Assembly: GCA_964016885.1 (NCBI GenBank) | Contig: OZ024743.1 | Span: 3,348,001-3,412,000, forward strand | Source of the DNA: Eledone cirrhosa | Lineage: Eukaryota | DNA: 64,000 bases | Direction of reading: 5' to 3' | Part shown: one piece after another, positions 56,100-64,000 of the stretch | Layout of the letters: each line of letters opens with the position of its first letter | How positions within the stretch are numbered: the stretch's first letter is position 1 | Notes under the pieces: model-generated | Told to the model about the DNA's origin: nothing | Databases searched by the model: none | What the model saw: the letters and a program-made list of their open reading frames with translations, nothing else | Translations under genes and position numbers: made by a program

Positions 56100-56839
56100 C
56101 TGCAGATACAAATAAATAGAATTTAGAACTATTTTGCTGTTATTTATTAAGCATCACCACAACTGATAAAGGAGTAGTTTAGCAGTTAAGTTAATAAGGT
56201 AACTAACTGATAAACATACAGTTCACAGATTCAAATTACAAATTTCATTTCCCAAATGTTTTGTAGGGTTCAGCAGCCTTCCCTTTTACCTGTTCTAGCC
56301 ATCTGGCTAAGGCCATGTTGGGGTACTACCCTTAGGTTCAGGGTATTTTAAAAAATAATTTTTGTTTTCCCATTTATATAATGTTGCTACTGTAAACAGC
56401 AGTTAGACTGCACACACACTGTAAAACTATCTCAAGTCTATTTATGTCTTGGTCATAACCATAACACACTTATTGAAGGCAGGATTCAAATTCATTTTTT
56501 CAGCCAGTGGTGTAATATATTGCAGTTTATTATCTCTCTAATTCAGAATGAAGATAATAGCTAGAGGTGAAATTGTGAAAGCTTTCTTGACTGAGGGGTG
56601 ATGTAAGGAACTGAAAATCTCAAGTTAGCAATCATACACTGTTGACTCTGCTAGTTGCAATTTAATATATTCATTGATGCAAACTTATTTCATTAACCCT
56701 AAAGTCAATATACTCAGCAAAATTTACATCCTATCATTATCATCATCATCATCACCATCATTGTTTAACGTCCATCTTTCATGCTAGCACTGGTTTGGAT
56801 GGGAGTTAACTAGTGTATAAAAATACAAACATAACTCAC

Positions 56840-56902
56840 CCATTTTTAAATTTAGATCTTCGAGCCCTCAAAGATGTAGTCATATTTGCAGATTTTTGAA
56901 AT
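56840..56902 (-). CDS. Osr: Osr-like gene, 63-bp linker exon
   Basis: ttttcag| and |gtgagt; phase 2-2 joins the flanking exons in frame (FQKSANMTTSLRARRSKFKNG). Confidence 0.75.
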
Positions 56903-57094
56903 CTGAAAATCAAAGATAGATAGAATGATATTTTCACATTTTCTTTGAGATTGAATATATGATATTAATTAAACATAGCATGAACATATAGCATAAAACA
57001 GAAATATTATGAGCTTGAAAGAATTAAAGTATAAATATATATATATGCTAGTGTGGAAGATTGGCATTAAACGATGATAATGATATATACACAT

Positions 57095-57134
<40 letters not shown>

Positions 57135-57514
57135 TAGAGTGTGGTAAAAACCAGCTAGGCCATAACCCACCAGAGTACTCGATACTTGGGGTAGTAGAGT
57201 GGGTAATATGAAAAGATTCAGGACCCCGACGGCTGAGCTCCAGCCGTTTTGAGAGCTAGATCCAAACTAGCTGTCAAAATGACCGGAGCTAGGATGCCCC
57301 AGTCCCATCGAGCAAGAGCAAAAAAGAATGTTGGATATAAGTTAAAGTTTGAAATACAATTCTGACAATTATTTTCTTTACCCTTAAAAATTTACAGAAT
57401 TTACCTGTCCCCCATTATTCTAGAATAATGGATATTAAATTAGTTAAATATTCTTAAAGAAAATGGAGATCACAAGCAATACATTATCTAGGTTTTAGCA
57501 TGTTTGTAACTCAC

Positions 57515-58463
57515 CTGCGAGGTGTTCTGACATGATGTAACTCCTGTAGCCTGCTATGAAACTGCTGACTACTTAAGAGCTGGCGGCGGAAGTGCTGATA
57601 TTTTCGTACTTCTGTGAACATATTATCGTCTCCACCACTACCACTATTACTACTACTACTACTAATATTGCTACTGCTATTAGTATTATTGCTGCTGTCT
57701 TTTAATTCATATTTGAAAACAATTTTATTTGATTCAGCTGTTGTGGTTGTGGTAGTGGTTGTTAGTTTGTGATGTTTGTGTAAGTGTTGACTGTCTGCTA
57801 TGCTCACAGATTTCTCATGACTGTCCAGTAATATACCAAGATGTTTCTTGTTCTCCTTTATTTTCTCCTCAAGATGAACTTCTGTTATCGTTACAACATC
57901 GATTTCTGGTTCGGGATCTGGTGTTGAAATTTGCCGTTTTCTTTTTTGCTTTGCTTCTTCAATAGCTTCCATAGATTTGCCAAGATTTCTAAAGTTAAAT
58001 GTTGGTGATTTACATCTCTGGGATGTAGCACACACACCACTGCTGTCATCACTACCAGCATCATCATTATCCTTATCATTGTTATAATTATTAACTCTAT
58101 TATTACAATTATTATAATTGACATTTTTGTTCTTATTACTACAGCCAGTATTTTGTTTTGAACTGGAGGAATTTAGATCAGTTTCACAACAATCATAATC
58201 ACTGCCATTTGAACCTTGGAATTGGCTGATATGTTGTATTGATTTCTGATGTAGTTCTAATTGTTGTTCTTGATGTCTCAAATGATTAGGATGATGCAGA
58301 TGTTGTTCATGATGATGTGAATCTCGAAGATCACTGGTTTCTTCTTTGGCATGTTGGAATTGGTTACGTAATTTTGATGGCTGGGCCAATGCAAGTCTAT
58401 GTCCAATAGGTGGGACTATGGCAGATTGTAAACTTATCAGTGATGGGATTCCATTCTGTTTAT
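57515..58463 (-). CDS. Osr: Osr-like gene, large low-complexity N-terminal exon
   Basis: Open frame (ORF 57511-58488), tacag| acceptor and |gtgagt donor, H/Q/N/S/T runs, FNFRNLG motif resembling Osr FDFANLA. Confidence 0.8.
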
Positions 58464-58875
58464 CTGTAGCAAAAACATAGATATACAAAAAAATAATAAA
58501 GCATTAGCAATAAGATAATATTAGTAGTAATTTATAACACCTACCATGGGAATGAGTATTAAAAATAGAACTAATATATAAATGAAACATTAGAACTTAC
58601 ATACATATACATCTTATACATAATAACATAAGTTACTGTATATATTAGTTAAGAGTAATCTCAGTATAATAATAAATAAAAAAATAACAACAAAACAATC
58701 ATGGTTAGAAGGAACATATATAATTGACTTGATTTTGAAGCTAATCCAAAATAAGACTATGGAAATATTAAGACTTGAAATAATATTTTTTATAAAATAT
58801 AAACAAACAGAATTGCAATAGCTTCAGCATTTGGTAAAAAAAAAAAAAGGAAGTAGGTGTAAAATCCAAACTCAC

Positions 58876-58900
58876 CATCTTCAGCAGTTTGGTATTTGTG
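58876..58900 (-). CDS. Possible small upstream exon of the Osr-like gene
   Basis: Strong donor g|gtgagt, phase 1 compatible (HKYQTAED); acceptor weak. Confidence 0.3.
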
Positions 58901-58914
58901 CTACCCTAACCTAT

Positions 58915-59337
58915 GACCATAATTCTTGGGTAATGACTGAAAGAATAGGATCATGTATACAAGTGGCCAAAATGTATTTGGAGTAACATTACTCATTGGT
59001 AGATTGCATAGCTTGGAGATCAGAGAGCTGCTCCAGGTAGAACTGCTACATCTCCAAATTGAGAGATCACAGCTCCAATATTATGGGTTTGTGGTTAGAA
59101 TATCACTGGACAGATTTTATGGGCAAAAATCAACCAGCATGAGACCAAGGTGGTTGGATAACATCAATGAGCTCTGTTGGTCTTGATTGGGGATCAGAAG
59201 TATCAAGTGGAGACAGTTGCTTCTGATAAGATTCACTGGAAGGAATGATTGAGGACTCTGCTCCCAGGAATAAGTGGGTAGAGAAGAAGAAGAAGAAGAA
59301 GAAGAAGAAGAAGAAGAAGAAGAAGAAGAAGAAGAAG
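58915..59337 (+). mobile_element. RTE-type LINE 3' fragment with (GAA)n tail
   Basis: IERSQLQYYG..RPRWLDNI; homologous to 29617-29935. Confidence 0.8.
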
Positions 59338-60432
59338 GTTGCAAAGAGGGCTAAACTTCAGTTTAGCCAAAGTTTATCCAAATATCAACTATTTGAACAA
59401 GATCTCCAAGCCTTGTGAATATTTAATTCATCACACTGTATGTAAACTGAACACAAGAATAATACTGGTGCTACCATTTTGTGTTTTGTGAACAGTGTTT
59501 AAAAATGAATTTAAATTAATGAAAAATATGTAAAAACATTACAACAAAAGGTACCATCACTGGTGCAATGATTGGATCTTTTGTTTAAAGATAGCAAAGT
59601 GCCACTAATCAATAATCAATCAGTCTGCTAGCTTGATTTCAATTGGTCACTTTAAAGTGTTAAAATAATTTTAACACATAAAAATTATTTTACATAAATG
59701 ATTTAAAAGCATAGCAAAATCAAGTGTTTTCACGCTATTATTTTCATCATCATTTAACATGTTTTCTTAGCTAGCTCAGTTTAAACTTTGTTCCATCAGA
59801 TTAGTTGCTGTTACCATCTTTTTGATATGAGAATGAACAGCATTGACTATTGAATAGAATAGCAAGACTTAACATCTTGATCATTGTGAAATGGCATACA
59901 AAATTACAGAAAAGTACATTACAGTGATTGAATGTCATAAAAAAAACTGGGATTATGATTTTCATCTAGCATCCTTTGTTTATGATCAGATCAGTTATCT
60001 GAACAATATACTCCCACCAGTCTCATTCAGATAAACAAGGTCTAACTGTAGTCAATTAACACCAGTAGTGATTTCCTAACTATTAAGCCATGCGTCTTCA
60101 CACATATGCAAAGCTGTGTGTGTAATAATAAATACAATCATAAAGAAATATTCTATACATTTATATATGTATATGCATAAATATAAAAAAAATAATATGA
60201 AGCTCTAATAAATTCATGCTACAAAATAAACATAAGAACATTAATAAAACATGACATTTCCATGGGCCCTTTTAAAAATAATAAAAAAAAGAAATTGCAA
60301 AGTGACTATTAGCATTAAGAATATATATAAATATACATATACATACATTATACATAAAAATATACACACACGCAGACACATATATTATATATATTGCAGA
60401 GACTATTAGCAATAAGCATGCACACGCACACG

Positions 60433-60474
<42 letters not shown>

Positions 60475-60477
<3 letters not shown>

Positions 60478-60688
60478 ATAATAATAAATTTGAAGACTAA
60501 AATCCAAAGAGGGCTCGATAAGGAAAATATATATCAAATATATAAGAACCGAAGAGCAAATATTTATTAAGATAACAGATTAAAGTTTAAGCAATGAATC
60601 GCTGCTTTCACCCTTAACGGGATCTTCTGAAGATCCCGTTAAGGGTGAAAGCAGCGATTCTTTGCTTAAACTTTAATCTGTTATTTTA

Positions 60689-60690
<2 letters not shown>
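60475..60690 (-). mobile_element. Palindromic mini-derivative of the PLE2 3' end
   Basis: 60475-60627 matches the reverse complement of ~8118-8271; folds back around t60628 to ~60690; TA flanks. Confidence 0.88.
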
Positions 60691-60740
<50 letters not shown>

Positions 60741-60742
<2 letters not shown>

Positions 60743-61109
60743 AAAATTATATTTAAATTGTTGGGTTACAACTAGTAAATATTTATAACTGATATAAAAG
60801 CACTCAAAAGTATTTGGAGTATATTTACGATATTAAATAAATGGAAACTATATTTATAAAACCATATTTATTTCATTATATATATTTCAGGGATATCATA
60901 TTAACAATATGTTATGCCTTCTTCAGACAAAATCAACTTTTCAAATACAAGTCGATGTTGAACGGTATGTCAAATCTATTTATTTATAAAACTGTCTATA
61001 TTGTATTTTGTCTGAAGAAGGCATAACATATTGTTAATATGATATCCCTGAAATATATATAATGAAATAAATATGGTTTTATAAATATAGTTTCCATTTA
61101 TTTAATATC

Positions 61110-61110
<1 letters not shown>
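60741..61110 (-). mobile_element. Fold-back hammerhead element (family of 25398-25721)
   Basis: Hammerheads on both strands (60872-60931 minus, 61007-61066 plus; CTGAAGA-agg..cct-GAAA-tatata-TA); TA flanks. Confidence 0.85.
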
Positions 61111-61173
<63 letters not shown>

Positions 61174-61436
61174 ATACGCCCACCTGCCCGCACACACGCA
61201 CACACACACACACACACACACTGCCAAGAGGCTGTTAACATTAAGAATATATAGTATCAAGAAATCCGGAAATAATTACTATTACTTTAATATATACATA
61301 CTTACCACACCTTTGTTTGCAATGGGAGAAAAATAAAGGAAATAACAGAAACAAGAAAGAGAGAAATGGAAGATAAAAACGTTTATTTGTAACTAATAAT
61401 ATAATAATAACTATTATTTCCACAGAGCATAATATT

Positions 61437-61650
61437 GTTTTTATCTTTAGGCACAAGGTCAGCATTTGAAGGGGAGGGTGGGGGGGCAATTAAATAGACC
61501 CCAGTACTTACTGGTGCTTTACTTTATCAACCTCGTAAGGATGAAAGGCAAAGCTTAACTCGGCGGGATTTGAACTCAGACCGTAAAGGGACGTAATTCA
61601 ATGCCACAAAGCATGTTGTCTGACGCTCTACTGATACTGCCAATCCACCA
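61437..61650 (-). mobile_element. OR-type SINE (longer variant)
   Basis: Family core plus extra segment. Confidence 0.8.
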
Positions 61651-61739
61651 CACTACAGACCATAAATATTAAAAGGAAGTTGTATTTATTTAAAAAAAAA
61701 AACCCAACTAAAACTATGTAAAATAGAATTTTAGATATA

Positions 61740-61930
61740 CCTTCCCAGTGGAAGGAAAAATCAGTAGAGGAAGACCACGAAACATAGGTGGAGGTGGTGA
61801 GAGCTGACCTCAGATCGCTGAAGCTCACGGAGGAGATGACAAAGGACTGTGATGAATGGAGAGATGCTGTGTTGAATAGGATCCACCCTTACAAGCAGGG
61901 AAAAGCGGACGTAAAATGATGATGATGATG
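61740..61930 (+). mobile_element. RTE LINE 3' end with (GAT)n tail
   Basis: RGRPRKT.VEVVRADL..EWRDAV; shared tail motif. Confidence 0.75.
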
Positions 61931-63399
61931 AAGTAAAAATATATATTTATAATGGAATATAGAACTTTATACAAATAATAATTATTTGTAATTTAAGCAT
62001 AAAGCCAGCAATTTGGGGGAAGCGAAAAAGTCAATTAAATTGACTCTAGTATTTAATTGGTATATTATTTTATTAATCACAGGATGAAAGACCAATTTTT
62101 ATGAAGGCTCGCTTATTCTTTGTTAGGTTGAAATGCTAATTCCAGATAAATTGGAATATAAGTTGTCCTCTTTCTGGTTTTTACCTCCATGATAGATATA
62201 TAAATATAATTTCCATTTTTTAAAATTAAAAAATTTGTTTTTCATTCATGTCTTAACCCTTTAGCATTTAAACTGGCCATATCTGTCCAGAATTCTCTCA
62301 TCTCTTTCTGTTCAAACCGGCTGTAACTGGCCACTCATACTGATGTTAAAGTATTGTTCTCAAAATAAATAATATCTAAATCTTATAGATTTGATATTAC
62401 GTGAGATAAAGCTCACCAAATGCTCAAATGGCCTGGGGGCCATATCTTTCTTACATATGTTCCCATACTCCACTGAGTGCCTTTCATTATGGTACCTGCA
62501 CTAGGGAGGTTGTCATATCTTTGACACATGAAGTCCTCCCAACCCTTTGGTAGATGTATTTTACTTTCAATGCCTTAACAATTATCATAGAAAACATTTC
62601 CTGGCATTGGTTATATGACACCAAAAGCTTGGGGAATGTAATTCACTTCTGCTATGTTCCTGGCCTTATTAATTTTTTTCCAGGTCCTCTTTGACCTAAA
62701 TTTCTGGTTAGTGAAATGAAAGGAAAAGATAAAAAGAAAAAATTATTACTACAATATTATGAAAATATTGCAAGTGAAACTTGCTAACTGAATTATCCTT
62801 CATTTTTTTTTGTTAATAGTCCTTCATTTTAAGTATTAAGCTGTTATATAGATTTTTTTACTCTTCTATGTAATTATATGTCATATTGGGGGTATTGAGA
62901 GATCATCATCATCATCATCATCATCATCATCGTTTAACGTCCATCTTCCACGCTTGCATATAAATTTATACATAAATACTCTGGAAATATCTACGGAATT
63001 ACAAGCTTTAATCAACTTTGTATTGTTCACAGTTATCCATGTCATTTAACTTATTTTAAGCAGTGTCTGAATTACAAAGTGCATGCTCAGTTGCATTTTA
63101 TTTAACTAATCTCTAAATTTTTCCCATGATTGTATTTTATATAAAAGCAACACTGCTCTATCACTTCAATCCACCTAATTCAGAAAAGCACTCAGCCACT
63201 TGCCATATGAAAAATTAATGAATAATTTTATTTCATCAGCTTCAACAAAAACAATGCTAGTCTCTACATAGTCCGACTAACTGCTAGAAATAGCACACAA
63301 ATTTCCCTCACATGGTAATATATAAAATCAAGAAGGCTCATTTACAATATTTTATATAAAGTGTGAAAGAGTTTAAGGTTGAGTATGTACGATGTCAGA

Positions 63400-63785
63400 A
63401 TATATACCCTCCGCCTCTTGGTTCCAGCCAACAGAATGGAGAATACATTGCCCTGGAGGCTGGAACAGCCACTCCACCTCATGGGTAGCCAACTGTGTTC
63501 CAATATCAGTGAGCAGGGATGTGGTCCAGGGGCCAAGAACACTGGAAGTCTCCACTGCTACAGACTCTACGACAAACCTATCAGAGAGCGGTCGATACTT
63601 TGAGAGCTTGTCCTCTTTGGCCTGGTGGGCAGCAGAGCCTAGGCTGGTAGCCGAATGCACTAGGTTACCACTAGCGAAGGTATCACAGCATATGGCATCA
63701 CAGATGCCAACTTCTGCAGAATAGGAAGACTGTCATGCTGACTGCTTCCCTATATATGGCTTGTACAACCTTTGCAAGCCACTCA
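63400..63785 (-). mobile_element. CRE-clade LINE endonuclease fragment
   Basis: AAHQAKEDKLSKYRPLSDRFVVESVAVETSSVLGP..QGN.FSIL. Confidence 0.75.
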
Positions 63786-63794
63786 TCTGCTCCT

Positions 63795-63870
63795 AGTTTC
63801 TAAGAGCCCACCAGATTATGGCATGGGGCACTCTGTTGAAAGCTTTCTCCAGATCGACAAAATCCAGGTA
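63795..63870 (-). mobile_element. RTE RT fragment
   Basis: FVDLEKAFNRVPHAIIWWALR, same family as 49112-50842. Confidence 0.75.
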
Positions 63871-64000
63871 ACTGTCTGAAAAAAAAGTGAGACAGGTCTG
63901 ATCAAAGCTGAAACAAATTTGTTAATAGTTATGTCGAAACAGCTGATATGGGGATGAACAAACAACAAATACACTCAAAAATACATCATCAAAAAAAAAA

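Overview
AT-rich, microsatellite-dense animal genomic DNA. The SINE, RTE and Penelope repertoire points to an octopod cephalopod (inference). Most listed ORFs are translations of (TA)n, (CA)n or (TAC)n repeats. One host gene is recognisable: a multi-exon, minus-strand odd-skipped-related (Osr) C2H2 zinc-finger gene at ~54.1-58.9 kb. The rest is mostly transposons: five Penelope-like elements (PLEs) with GIY-YIG and/or RT coding remnants, CRE-clade and RTE-type LINE fragments, many tRNA-derived SINEs, two non-autonomous Helitrons, and hAT and TTAA MITEs. The most striking pattern is chains of PLEs and small non-coding fold-back derivatives inside (TA)n arrays at ~0.8-8.3, 25.4-29.2, 34.5-38.3 and 60.5-61.1 kb. 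They share a 'hairpin plus unpaired 3' tail' architecture. Most carry minimal type-I hammerhead ribozymes, including core variants (U3-A8, U4C) and one with a ~116-nt stem II.
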